Shown here one piece after another: positions 1 through 13,035 of a DNA stretch of 64,000 nucleotides. Each line of letters starts with the position of its first letter. The stretch's first letter is position 1. Source of the stretch: Antedon mediterranea. Lineage: Eukaryota; Animalia; Echinodermata. The notes below the pieces were generated by a model. That model was not told where the DNA came from and did no database searches. It saw only the letters and a list, made by a program, of their open reading frames with translations. A program made the position numbers and the translations under genes. The stretch lies in contig NC_092674.1 of assembly GCF_964355755.1 (NCBI RefSeq), positions 20,274,001 through 20,338,000 on the forward strand, given 5' to 3'.

Positions 1-520
1 TTATTTAACAATAAAACAAGTCACGTGACCAGTAAAGGTCAAAAGGTCAACATTTTAATTTTCTCAAATACTTTACTGCTTGGTATCGTAGGATAGCTTT
101 TCACGCTGCTGCTCTAGCCCGCTACGTCACAAGAGATAAATCATTTATTAGATGAAAGCAAGCAGCAGTCTTAGTACTAGACACTGACATTTTTGCGAAA
201 AAGGATTCTCGACTATAATTTATAGGTACAAGCTGCTAGACCCAAAAAACGTGTGGGAAAAGAGTCTAACGATTGAAAGACAAATCCCAAAGCATTTCTG
301 GTATTTATGAGTCCCATGATATTATATAATACTGTAATTGAATCATTGAATTATTATCAAAACAGTCCATGAAAGTTTTTGTTTGTAATAGGATACTTAA
401 CACTTGAAGTATCTAGGCGTGATGAAGTGACCCCCAGACTTGACCTTAGCAATAAAATAAACTAAATTGAGTCAGTGTTTCATATCAAAGTTATTCACTT
501 CTGTAACAAAATTTACATAT

Positions 521-1300
521 AACAAGGCCAACAGCCATTAAGTCACGTGCTACAATGCATAGTGATACCGGACCGACAGACAGACCGACAGACCGACAGA
601 CAGACCGACCGACCGACATAGTGAACTATACTGACCGAAATTACTGAACATGTTTAAAAATGTTGAAATGTTTAAAAACATTTATATTTTTTTAATTTAC
701 ACGTGCGTAGCCTGTCACCTTTGACGTGCTCGTATAACGTAATTTCGAGTTGAAAAGTAAGTCAAGAAAACAGAAATCGGGCAAAAAGAGTGCGCAATAA
801 CATTTAACGCGCAGTGCGCGCGCAAAAATATGCGCACTCATGGCAATTTTGTAAACGCTTAAAATTGCCTGAAACCTACTCTTATTTCATCGAAAATAAA
901 TTTTGAAAATGTTAAGCGCGCGTACGCATGCGTTACATGCGCTACGCACGTAATTGTATTGCCATATGATGATTTATGCCCTGAAGTTTATGAGTACCAA
1001 ATTTTATTTAATTGTGATTGTGATGGTTGTGAAGATATGATTACAAACGTGATTTCGTTAAATCGTGCGTAGACCGCGTAATTTTTTATTGCGCACCGTG
1101 AAAACATAACCACATTGATTCCTGGCCATAAGGAATATACTGTGAAAAATTGACCTAGCTAGATTAAACTGATATCAAGATAAGGTCAGAAAGCGATAAA
1201 ACGCATAGTGATACCGGACCGACAGACAGACCGACAGACAGACAGACCGACCAACCGACCGACATAGTGAACTATAGAGTCGCTTCCACGCGACTAAAAA
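521..1300 (-). mobile_element. DINE-1/HINE-like (Helentron-associated) non-autonomous element
   Basis: Begins aacaaggcc..agtcacgtgct, has two (GACA/GACC)n microsatellite modules, and ends in hairpin agtcgc-ttccac-gcgact plus an A-run. The core is near-identical to 47478-48237 and inverted at 1635-2021. Confidence 0.7.
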
Positions 1301-1634
1301 GAGAAAAGAAACGTTTAATTATAACTCAAAAATCATTGTCTGACAGAGACAATTCAAGTATTTATGGCTTTAAATTACATTTTTTCAGGTAAAATAACTA
1401 TTATGTGACAATAAAAATGACACATTAAAAAACAAATTTGAAATAAAAAATATACAATATATCTTTAAAACTGTTACGTCAATAAGCGAGCAGCGTTTTT
1501 TGTAAGAAATATTTCTTGTTTATTTTACTAATATCTATTCGATTTTCCTTTGTTTATTGTCATTTCCAATTATGTAAATAAATTGTTTTTAAATGTACAA
1601 TGAGAAAGGTCTTCTTCGTATTAAGATAAATACG

Positions 1635-2021
1635 GACTCTACAGCTCACTATGTAGGTCGGTTTGTCGGTTGGTCGGTCGGTAAACACTAACTTGTATAT
1701 GACCTTATCTTGATATCAGTATAATCTAGCTAAGTCAATTTTTCACAGTATATTCCTTATGGCCAGGAATCGATGTGGTTATGTTTTCACGGTGCGCAAT
1801 AAAAAATTACGCGGGCTACGCACGATTTAACGAAATCACGTGTGTAATCATATATCTTCACAAGCATGAATCACAATTAAATAAAATTTGGTACTAATAA
1901 ATTTCAGGGCATAAATCATCAATTACGTGCGTAGCGCATGTAACGCATGCGTACACGCGCTTAAAATTTTCCAAATTGTCAAAATTTATTTTCGATGAAA
2001 TAAGAGTACGTTTCAGGCAAT
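1635..2021 (+). mobile_element. Truncated HINE-like copy, inverted relative to 521-1300
   Basis: gactctacagctcactatgt + (GTCG)n + reverse complement of the ~865-1190 core. Confidence 0.7.
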
Positions 2022-2714
2022 CTCAGGAATAACAAAATTAGCTAAAAAAATCTATTTTGGCACAAATATCGAGCTGGAAGACATAATAACCCGTACTATG
2101 ATAGTTCATTACTCCCCTGATATCCCATATGTATGAATGCGTGAAATAACAGAAATCTGTAGGCCTATATAAACAAACGTCCTAAGTGGGGAAAAAGTTG
2201 GAAAAACATTTAGACCTCATTTTGGTCGCTATATTGGATCCAATCCAAAACAATGTTTATTTTTTTTTTAAATTTAAATTATTTAATTTTGATACACCCT
2301 AATTTATGGATTCGTGCAATAATACCAATTTGTAAAACGTACTTGCAAACTCTCTTATAAGTATAGATAGGCCTAAGTTTTGTGCGGATTTCCTGTTCTC
2401 GATCGAAAACAAAGAGACCCAATATAGACCTATATAACCTAATAATATACAGTTTTGTTGGGTTCTCTTCTTTTAATAATTAGATCCCCTATGCTATATA
2501 ATAGTGAATTTTAGTGTACGAGATTTCTCGATACAGAAAGAACTGAAACTCTCAAGAATTATAAAGTGTACAAGCGTCGCTTGAATAATTAATTTCCGCC
2601 GGCAGAGAGCGAAGGCCATAATCCTAGCCAAGCTCGTCTTAGGCACATGTTTTGTTACAAACAATGACCTTTCGGATGTGACAAGCAATGCGTGAAGGGA
2701 GGTCAAATTACCTC

Positions 2715-2726
2715 ATGAATATTCAT
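2715..2726. promoter_or_regulatory. Octamer-like palindrome ATGAATATTCAT, candidate U1 distal sequence element
   Basis: Lies ~245 bp upstream of the U1 start, the usual position of POU/octamer DSE motifs in snRNA genes. Function inferred only. Confidence 0.35.
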
Positions 2727-2960
2727 AAAGTTTGTTGATTGTTTTTAAATAATATTTTGTAAATTTTAATAATACAGTAACAATACAAATGAATTTGATT
2801 TTGTTTACTATTATAAAGTCATTTTCAGTTATATTTCGTATACATTTTTAAATATCCAAAATAAAATGGTAAGTAAACTTCAAAATCTAAGACTATTTTC
2901 ACACTTACTTGTGTAGATTGAAATTGTTAGTTACACAGCCATCGCTGAGAAACAAATGAC

Positions 2961-3125
2961 ATACTTACCTGGCACAGGAGTGACTTTGATCAAGAAGGAA
3001 GTCCTCCCAAGAAGAGGCCTCAGCATAGCACCCACGTCTGAGGTTGAAACTTGCGATTCCCCCAAATGTGGGGAACTCGGGTGTAAAATTTATGGTAGCG
3101 GGGGACTGCGTTCGCGCTAACCCCC
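2961..3125 (+). ncRNA. U1: U1 spliceosomal snRNA (variant loop II)
   Basis: 5' ATACTTACCTGG, loop I GATCAAGAAG, stem-loop III TTCCCCCAAATGTGGGGAA, Sm site AATTTATGG, terminal hairpin GGGGGACTGCGTTCGCGCTAACCCCC; 165 nt. Confidence 0.95.
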
Positions 3126-3596
3126 AATAATAAAAATAAAGTTAGATTGTTTAGTATATAATATATAGCATGGACCTCTAAGTTATCGAGCGGGGTTGGT
3201 GAAATCTGTCGAGGGCGCTGTTGTTTGTCCATTATAGGTGACTTTCATAATTGGCTGTCCAAAATAGGTGACTTTGTGTCCACAATAGGCGAGTTTATGA
3301 GTAGTGCGTGTTACAACCGTTAATGTAGAAAACGCCAGCTAATGTCGAAACAACCGTTAATGTAGAACAACCAACCGCTTATGTAGTAAAACCTCCAGCT
3401 TATGTAGAAACACCAACAGCTTATGTAGTAAATAAAAATCAACACCAGCTAATGTAGAAACAGTCAACAGCTTATGTAGTAACGAAAATTGCCTCCCAGC
3501 TTATGTAGTTACTATCGCCAGCTAATGTAGAAAATGTTATATATTTTACAAAAATGTCTCATTCATGTGCAAATGCATCGATCTTTACTTAGCTAT

Positions 3597-4482
3597 CAGT
3601 CTTTCCACCTCTCGTAAGCAACCAACTTTCTAAAACGACCACACATCGTAAGCAACCATCTCTGTTAAGGGACAGCTTCTCATAATCGACCACGTCTCGT
3701 AAGGGATCACCTCCTCTCATAAGGGACCACTTCTCATAATCGACCACCTTTCGTAAACGACCACCTTTCTTAAGGACCACACCTCGCTTCTCATAATCGT
3801 CAGTGACGACTCTTTTAAAGGACCACCTCTCTTAACGACCCCACCTCTCGTAAGTGACGACCTATTTTAAAGAACCACCACCTCTATTAAGGGACTGCTT
3901 CTCATAATCGACCATCTCCCATCACAATGACCTCTCGAAAGTGACCACCTCTATTGAACGACCACTGTCTCTGTTAAGGGACCGCTTCTCATCATTGAAG
4001 ATTTAATAGAGATAAAGAGGTCGTGGTCCCTTAAAAGAAGTGGTCACTTACGAGAGGTGTGGTCGTTAAAAGAGGTGGTCGCTTACGAGAGGTGGTCGAT
4101 TATGAAAAGCGGTTCCTTATGAGAGGCGGTGATCACTTACGAGAGGTGGTCGATTATAAGAAGCGGTCCCTTAATAGAAACGGTGGACGTCCAATAGAGG
4201 TGGTCACTTACCAGAGGTCGTTGTGACGGGAGATAGTCGATTATGAGAAGCGGTCCGTTAATAGGGAGAAAGGTCGTGGTCCCTTAACAGAGGTGGTCAT
4301 TTACGAGAGGTGTGGTCGCTTACGAAAGGTGGTCGATTATGAGAAGCGGTCCCTTATGAGAGGAGGTGATCCCTTACGAGACGTGGTCGATTATGAGAAG
4401 CGGTCCCTTAACAGAGATGGTAGCTTATTACGATGTGTGGTCATTTTAGAAAGTTGGTTGCTTACGAGAGGTGGAAAGACTG
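3597..4482. repeat. Palindromic subrepeat-rich core of element B (possible separate MITE)
   Basis: cagtctttccacctctcgtaagc ... gcttacgagaggtggaaagactg, with arrays of gaccacctctcgtaag / agggaccgcttctcataatc in opposite orientation on each arm. Confidence 0.8.
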
Positions 4483-4635
4483 ATAGCTAAGTAAAGATCG
4501 ATGCATTTGCACATGAATTAGACCAGGCCCGTAGCCAGAATGCATCAGAGGGGGGTTTTCTTGACACCAAGTATTTTGCGAGCGCAGCGAGCAACTGTAG
4601 GCTGGGGGCCAGGGGGCCGCCAAGGGCCCCCGGTC

Positions 4636-5834
4636 GCGATTTTTTTTTTCGTACATAAGTTGGGGACCCCATCATGAAACGTCACAAAATAAACATGAAT
4701 AATTCATCAGTTAAATTTTCTTGTTCCGTGTGCACCCAAGCGTATAGCAACAAGAAGTGATTACACAAGTGCGGTACGATTCTAGGCCTATCTCCGCTGA
4801 TTTCATAATAGAATAGCGGAGTTTTGTGTGGATTGTCGAAATAATCAGCCTTTAGTTTATGGTGTTTTTAATATAGTTTATTACTAAAGAATTACGTGTT
4901 AAAATTATAGTTTCTATTGATACTATTAGGCCTAATTACTAGTCTCTAAACCCCTGTATATTCTAGTAGTAGTAGCTGTGTGGGTGTGTGTGACTTGTGT
5001 CTTTGGGCTATGTCCAATTACTACTTAGTTTAATGTTTTGCCTAGCTGTCGATTAGCCTCGACACATTTTGCATAGTGGACGTGTGTGTGAAGAAGAGTG
5101 CGCGAAGGCAATCACGTGAATTGACCTAGAATCCTAGGCCTATTATTGTAGAAAGAATCGTATCGCAGTTGTTGTTCCGTGTGCACCCAAGCGTTCTTGG
5201 ACATAGCCCAAAGAAAGCTTAGACCCACAAGAATAAAGAATGTGTATAATTTGTGTACTGTATTTTTTTAATTCTGCTATCAATTATCAAACAATATGCA
5301 ATGTACTCAAAGGAACTTTAAAAATGCGCGTATATGAACACATGAGATGGGAAGATTAGACCCACGAGAATAAAAAATGTATTTTTGTGTAATGTTTATT
5401 GTTTAATTTTGCTGACTTATTACTCGGACTGTGTCATACCTAACTAACACACACGTCACACACACCAACACAGCTACTACTAGAATAGACATGGGTTTAG
5501 AGACTAGTAATTAGGCCTAATAGTATCATTAGAAACTATAATTTTAACACGTAATTCTTTAGTAATAAATTATATTAAAAACACCATAAACTAAAGGCTG
5601 ATTATTTCGACAATCCACACAAAACGCCGCTATTCTATTATGAAATAATCGCACGCGGCAACCACAGCGGAGATAGGCCTAGATAGAATCGTACCGCACT
5701 TGTGTAAACTGTAATCACTTCGCTATACGCTTGGGTGCACACGGAACAAGAAAATTTAACTGATGAATTATTCATGTTTATTTTGTGACGTTTCATGAGG
5801 GGGTCCCCAACTTATGTACGAAAAAAAAAATCTC
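4636..5834. mobile_element. Element E: MULE-like non-autonomous element
   Basis: Long TIR gcgat(t)ncgtacataagttggggacccc; 9-bp TSD cccccggtc (4627-4635, 5835-5843); same family as 14625-19468. Confidence 0.85.
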
Positions 5835-6085
5835 CCCCCGGTCGGGGTCCAGGGGGCGAAGGCCCCTGGAAGCTTTGGCTATCAGAGCAATTTCGGTTGT
5901 TTTAATAAGCTTACAGAGACATTTTTTACCTACTAAAATCTGAGTTATGCAGAGAAATTATATAGTACAGTATTATGGAAGTTAGTAGTACTGATCATGA
6001 AATACAGCTTTATTGTTGCAAAAAAGTATATTATATTAGGCCCTTAAATAATTTCTTATCCTATAAACATAAAAAACAAATAGTA

Positions 6086-7185
6086 CCGTATATTTCGGTG
6101 TACAAGTCGCACCTGTGTATAAGACGCACCCATAACGGAGACTGAAATATTAGTATTTTGTATGTAGTCGATGCATAAGACGCACTTATTTCTAGGCCGA
6201 AATTTAAAAATTTTACAATCAAAACAATGGTATTTTAATAATAAAACAACGATATTTGAGACATATTTATTAGAATCAAATGATATAATTTTGTTTGATT
6301 GCCTTTATTACATCGTAATCAGTCTCTACTTCAACTGAACGTTCAATGAAAAGGGAAATCCCCATATTGTTTCAGTTACGATGCACTGTGTGGGTAGGGC
6401 TAGCCTATGTCTATTTAAGTAATTTTAATTTCATATTACTTAAATATATACCTTCTTATTGTGTGTATGACCATTATAAAATCAATCCAAATGATGTTCA
6501 GTTTTTTTGGGCTGATAATGAACCAGGAATATCATGCTGGGTAGGCCTATATGAAAATCTTTCCTATTTCCATGCATGCATTACAGCAATATGAGGAGAG
6601 GAGAGCACTAACCATGTGCTCCTTGCCTGGTGTCCCAGCACTGTTGGCCATATACACTATGAGATTAGGGGAAGCTACTTAACACAATAACAACACACTC
6701 TTTTAGATATCGCTTGACATACAAACTATTGCCTACATGATTATAAAATTATGTGATTGTTGACATAGAGATGTAATAAAAATAAACCACCGTGATCAAG
6801 GGAAATAGTTATTGTGTAATTAAAATGTGACACCACCGTAATTAATGGACTCTTCCATAAATGTGTTGCGCTGTGATGCTGCATGCTGCTAGAATACACA
6901 CCCGCGAGTTCAGAGAGTATTACTAGGCCTGGGTAGAATATCTAATGCGTACTGTAATATTAATACAGTCGAGGATGACAATTTACCTTAGCCTAACTAA
7001 AAATTCAATAAACTTGTTACCACACTGTGGTTAGACAGAAGTGAGTAACTAGCTAGGCCTACATTGCAGAGTAGTACACTATTTTTAATTAATTTAAGTA
7101 TTAGTAGGTAATTAAATTAATTCGGGTAACATTTAGAGGTCAAATTTGCGTGTCAAAAGTGCGTCTTATACACCGAAATATTCGG
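6086..7185. mobile_element. Element F: pogo/Tigger-like (Tc1-mariner) non-autonomous element
   Basis: TA-ccgtatatttcggtgtacaagtcgcac ... gtgcgtcttatacaccgaaatattcgg-TA. Confidence 0.8.
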
Positions 7186-10100
7186 TAGGCCTACGTACAC
7201 GTACCAATTTAACTCAGCACCATTTTTATTCAAGTTTACACAGTGAAATTCTTTGGTTTAATGAAAAATATTTCCAGGAAAAAAATAAAAATCCCCAAAA
7301 AGATTGAACTGAACTGAACGTGATCTTGTGCGTTCCGAAAAGCCCGGCCGAAGCACGTGATTGGTCAGTCCATTTTTCTGTCATATTTATAACCATCATC
7401 TCTCAACAATCTCTCGATCTGACGCTCAGCAGTGACTTTGACATCGGACAATCTGTATATTCGATCGATTTACATAGTCAATAGAAGTAAAATGACCAAA
7501 AAATCTGCTATAATTGATAATTAATTGCACGATTTTGGAAGTGGGGCCTTTGTTTTTCAAGGGGGGTTCGCTGGTAAAAGGGGGGTTCGCCCGAACCCCA
7601 AAAAACCCCCCTGGCTACGGGCCTGTAGACATTTTTGTAAAATATATAACATTTTCTACATTAGCTGGCGATAGTAACTACATAAGCTGGGAGGCAATTT
7701 TCGTTACTACATAAGCTGTTGACTGTTTCTACATTAGCTGGTGTTGATTTTTATTTACTACATAAGCTGTTGGTGTTTCTACATAAGCTGGAGGTTTTAC
7801 TACATAAGCGGTGGATTGTTCTACATTAACGGTTGTTTCGACATTAGCTGGCGTTTTCTACATTAGCGGTTGTAACAGTGCGCCATCCATTGTGTTGTCC
7901 ATAATAGGTGATTTTTTTGGCGTACTCGTACGTACGTAGTTTATTTCGCGAGTAGAAGTAATACTAATTTGCTTTCTGTTCAGACTTCGAGGCTACCTAG
8001 GAGGCATAATTAGTATATAAATATTTAAGTCTTTCTAGCCTAGGCCTAATTAGTATCAATATTTAAGTCTTTCTAGCCTAGGCTAGTCCTGTTAGTTAGG
8101 CTACCTCTATCGGCCTACTAGTACTACTAGCCTAGGCCTAGTCCATTTGTTATTGTCCACTAATAATAATGAAATGTGAAATTTATTCAGCAACAAATAA
8201 TTTAATTTGAACTTCATTTTAGGTTTGATAGTATGGACAGACATTATGCAACTTACCATATAATACTATTGCAAGTTTAAATAAATCACCAAACCCACAC
8301 GTTCTTTTACAAAAATAAAAAATAATACTCTAATAATAATATTGATACAGTTTTATTTTTTTAAGATAATGAAAATGTAAACTGTTCTTTTTAATGCATT
8401 GGTGTTTCAATGTAATTGGTTTATTTTTTTTTCTTTGGACTTTATTTTGTTTTGTTAATAATAAAAATCAACTTTATCAATTTAATATTGAAAAAGACAT
8501 CACAGTTCAGCACTTCATTTCGTCATTTTAGGTCCTCCCCTATTTCAAAATTCTGGATCCACATAGCTCAATGACAAACCATCCCAGTCTAAAGTGGATC
8601 AACAGCAGCACATCTCATCCATTTATTATATTGTTTAATTAAATGAATCAATTTTAATGTTTAATAATAATTAGAAATACGACAATAAATCAAGTTTACA
8701 TACACGCAGTGTACAATTAACACCTTTGTTCTGTATTCAGAACAGTTTATTCAAAATCTAAATCACATTTAAAAAATAATTATATTAATTTTAAAAGTGT
8801 AAAAACATGGTTAAACTACAATTTAAAAAATAGCAAGGATAAATAAAATACACCATAATTATTATGTTTATTACTATAATTATTGATCGATGATTATGAT
8901 CAAAAATAATATGTTGAAGTGATGTACTTTTTCATTTCAGCAGCATACTGTATATGAGCAGAATATCAAAAATCTGTATGCCTATAATAAAAAAAGGAAG
9001 CATTTAAATACTATAATAATGTTTAAGTATTGTATAATGCAAGTAACTTCAATCTTAGTAATGCTGAGACAAATTTTCATGTTGTATGGTGGGACACAGT
9101 TATGTTTAAATATTTTATTGCATTTAAAAAAAGATATGTAGGATTGTTTTACTAAGTTTAAGTTTATACCAGTTGTCAATTATTACCATACTCACTATAT
9201 GAAAACTGATATTAAATGTTTTAAAGACAAATGCTTTATTGAATGAATGCTTTAATAATATAACATTCAATTAAATTTTGAAATATTTTCTGCATGAATT
9301 TGTTAGTGGATTTATCTATTCTTTGTACTGTGATTGTAATGTTTATAATGAATGGAAAAAAAAATATCTACTTTTAATTTCTTAGCAATTCAAATGAATA
9401 GAACATTTCAAATCAGAATGTTAAAAAATTAATTGTCATGTATTGTCAGTTTTTCTACTACGGTACTGATAAAATTCAGTTTGTCTCTCTGAAAATGTTT
9501 GACTAAATTGTATCCTTCTTTTCCGAAGATTACTTTTGCAAACAAATACTTTTTCTAAATAGGCTTTTTCTTGGGATTTTACAGTATCTTGGTCATATAG
9601 AAAAATGTCCTAAAAGATGTAGGCCTAGTGGGTTATATGTAAACTATTTTTCTTCAATTGTAGGTTGGGCCTATCTGTTACTTACCCTAGTTAATGTCCA
9701 TGCTACTGTACTATAACATTGATCAGAAGATACACTGTACACAATCTTTAATACATGCAAAATGGGAAAAATTGAGATTTAAATAGATGACATAATTAAT
9801 AACATACAGTAACAATAGCTCTGGCTCTACTATACTGCCAACCTACTAACTATCCGAACTGTCTGGATAAGACTCATTCATTCAAAAAATAATTAAAAAA
9901 AACTAAAATTTTAATAGGTCAATCTAGCAATCTAGATGTCTGTGATTTGAAGACAAACTACCAATAGGTCTAGTGGACTAGGCTAGTAGTAGCTGATTTC
10001 GGTCTTCAAAGTATAGTAGTGTGCGGTGGTGGCAGTGGTATTAGTAAAAGACTGTATAGTGACTAGTCCGCCAGACCTGATCTGCAGTTAGGCAGTATAG

Positions 10101-10562
10101 TTACGAGTAGTCTGTAAAATATTCATATTAAAATAATTAAAAAAACAGATAATGAGGATAGGCCTAGTTGTTTGTAGTAGGAAACCTATCTACCTAATAT
10201 GAGCCCATGTCATTTGTATTCCTACTGTAGCAGGGAGGTACCCCCTGCTGTAAGCTAGGCCTAGAAAAAAAAAGCTCACATTTCATTAGTGGACAATAAC
10301 AAATGGACTCCAGCTATAGCCTAGGCTAGTAGTAGTAGTAAGCCTGAGGTAGCCTAACTAAAACAGGACTAGCCTAGGCTAGGCCTAGAGGCTAGAGAGA
10401 CTTAAATAATTATACTAATTAGGCCTCCTACTAGCTAGGCCTACTAGGTAGCCTCGAAGTCTGAAGAGAAAGCAAATTAGTATTAACTAATAAAATTAAT
10501 ACTATTACAAATAAACTACACGTACGTACGATATCGAGTACGCCAACAAAATCACCTATTAA

Positions 10563-10584
10563 CAAAGAACTTATAAGTTCTTTG
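10563..10584. mobile_element. 22-bp P-element-like mini-palindrome (probable excision footprint)
   Basis: caaagaacttataagttctttg is a perfect palindrome flanked by 7-bp direct repeat ctattaa. Confidence 0.65.
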
Positions 10585-10676
10585 CTATTAATCAAAGATC
10601 TTTACCCGCGTTTACGCGTAACACTTTAGAAGCGTCAAATTATAGTGCGCCCCCCTCGCTTAAACAAGTAACGAAC

Positions 10677-12948
10677 CAAAGATACTATAGCGCCACGAAG
10701 TGGCGCAAGATAGGAAAGTCCTATCTCTTATACACTGCGCATGAGTGAAATTCCATGGGCAGCCATTCCGGCAAGCAAGTTACGCGATCACATACCCCGG
10801 AAGTGTATAATAAACCATTGAACCACATCCACGTGTGACGTGTTATTGTTTGTTCGGGAAGTTTTCTCGTGTTGTATTGGGTAAATTGTAGTGGTAAGTT
10901 TTTAGAATATACAGTATATTTTTTTGTTAGTAAACATTAACAAAATTATTAAATTGTTGTTTAAATTTAGTTCAGGCAGGCGTTTCTGCGCAATCCGATC
11001 TAGGGCCTAGATAGTAGTAGGCCTAGGCATATTTAATGCCGAATACTAGGCCTAGTTTAGTTAGTATGATTAATAAAAAAAAGTCTGGGAGGATGAATGA
11101 TATTATTGATTGGCGTCTTGATAGATTTCATTTCATTTCATTTCATTTCTTTATTCGACAACAAGCGGTCCAGGGATTGCGACAGCAACAGAGCGCCATA
11201 ACACATTTGTGTCCGCAATCCCTGTAACATACAACTTAATACAAGTTAAAAATGAATATAAAATATACAGAATATATAAAAAATTTAATTAATTTGTATC
11301 AAACAAGGCTTGGATGGATGGAAGATTAAGAAAAAACTGAAGCTGTTCGGGAATTAGGAGTTTTTAATAAAAATGTACAAGACAATATAGCGTTTTATTA
11401 ATAATAACATTAACAGAAATAATTAAATGTAATGAAATAAAAAATCGTGAGGATGTTATTGTTTGTTTTTTTTTATTTAATAAATTTAAATTATAAATTT
11501 GATCCTCATATTTATTTTGTTCTTCATCTTTATTTGAAAAATATTTAGTTAATTAATGTAAACATTTTTGAATACTTACAATATTAATAAATAGTAGGCT
11601 ATTGACTTTTGTTTTGAATTTAAAAATGTATAGTATTTTAAAATACTATAATAAGTAATCAAATGATTATGTAACAGTTCGAAAAGTGACCAAATAATTT
11701 AATGATATATTTTTCCCTATTTCAGAAAGATGTCTGTCATCATACTGTAAAATTGAGAAGATAGATGATTGAATGCAAAGTGGTATTTTACACAAGAATT
11801 AAATACAAAGGCCAATAGTAATAATAGTAATAATAGTTTATATTTTTGATTCTTGAAAAGGAGCAGTATCCTATGGGATTACAAATAAAATCACTATTTT
11901 CACACACCTCATACTTTAAAGTGAAAGGAAATAACCAGAATTCAGTTATTATCAGTACTGTTGTTTAGGCCTATTGGCTTCTTTTGTAATACAAGAAATC
12001 AAAATAATAGAATTTTCCTTGTATTTAAGAAGGCTAAAACCATACATTCATAATTTATTTATTGAGTGTATTTAATTATTCCATCATTGTTTATTAATAT
12101 TGTATAAAGTGAGATTTTTCAGTATTTTTATTGCATTTTAATCCTGTCTGTAATATTGAAAGTTGAGCTAATAAAAGTGGGTTGAAAAGAACAAATTATG
12201 ATTATGAATTTTTAAAATTAATATTTAATACTTTTACTTTTTTGAAATTAAAAAAATGTAACAATTGTTTTTGTATCTAGTAATGTATGTACAGTATACT
12301 ACAGTTGTGGCAGATCGTAGTAAAATTCCTCTTGCAATGAAATAACTTTGTAGGCCTGAAGCACACAAAATAGAAAGAGAGGGTCCGAACAGTGGAAAGA
12401 ACATCCCCCTGCCCATTAATTTTTTTTTTAAATTAAAAAGACAGTTTTGGACAATATATTTGGCAATTATTACAATTCATCTCCAAAAAAATGCTTCTCT
12501 CGCACACAAACTAAGCCATCATCCCAGCCTAGGCCAAACGCGGCCGACCTTGGGCGTGAAGTGCGTAGCATCGCGCTGCGCCCCGCGACACTATTTATAA
12601 CTATGCCTCAACCGACTGCCTACAAAATTCGTCCTCCATACAGTCAGTGTTTATTCTGTAGCCGTTTGAGGTTGGACAGTGATATACGCATATGTAAGTG
12701 TAATATCAAATAGAGTAATTTTATATAATCGAATTTTATATAGATGTTCTTTCATTTTGACGCGAAAGATAAAATAAAGTCGTACTGTTTATCGCGTAGA
12801 TGTAAATCCTATTTGTTTACATTGATTTGGTGGCGTGCCGCATTGCCTACTGGGTAATCCGCTTGCCGGAATGGCTGCCCATGGAATTATCATTTTTCGA
12901 GCGTCAGTTCCATATCTTGCGCCACTACGTGGCGCTATACGATCTTTG
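10677..12948. mobile_element. Element H: P-element-like non-autonomous element inside G
   Basis: TIR caaagatactatagcgccacgaagtggcgcaagata / tatcttgcgccactacgtggcgctatacgatctttg; perfect 8-bp TSD taacgaac (10669-10676, 12949-12956). Confidence 0.85.
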
Positions 12949-13035
12949 TAACGAACTTTTGCGTGACGATGATCGCAGTATTCTTTAGAAAATGGGATTG
13001 AGGAGTCGCGCCAAAGTTGGTATGGTTAAGAAACA

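Larger units (their letters stand above)
4524..7625. mobile_element. Element D: short-TIR non-autonomous DNA transposon (hAT-like ends, 5-bp TSD)
   Basis: Perfect 15-bp TIR caggcccgtagccag/ctggctacgggcctg; TSD tagac (4519-4523, 7626-7630); GC-rich subtermini; interrupts the right arm of B. Confidence 0.85.
3309..7877. mobile_element. Element B: TGT...ACA-ended foldback DNA transposon (Ginger-like?)
   Basis: Termini tgttacaacc/ggttgtaaca, 5-bp TSD gtgcg (3304-3308, 7878-7882), >250-bp TIR built of cagc(t)taatgtagaaa subrepeats. Confidence 0.85.

Noticed and set aside
3020-3232. 70-aa minus-strand ORF
   Set aside because: Overlaps the U1 gene and a TIR; chance ORF.
3309-3560. Regularly spaced cagc(t)taatgtagaaa repeats resembling a CRISPR array
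   Set aside because: Eukaryotic context, spacers of only a few bases, mirrored at 7630-7877: these are TIR subrepeats.
3589-4490. Two similar 63-65 aa ORFs on opposite strands
   Set aside because: Artefact of the palindromic repeat core; no domain or splice support.
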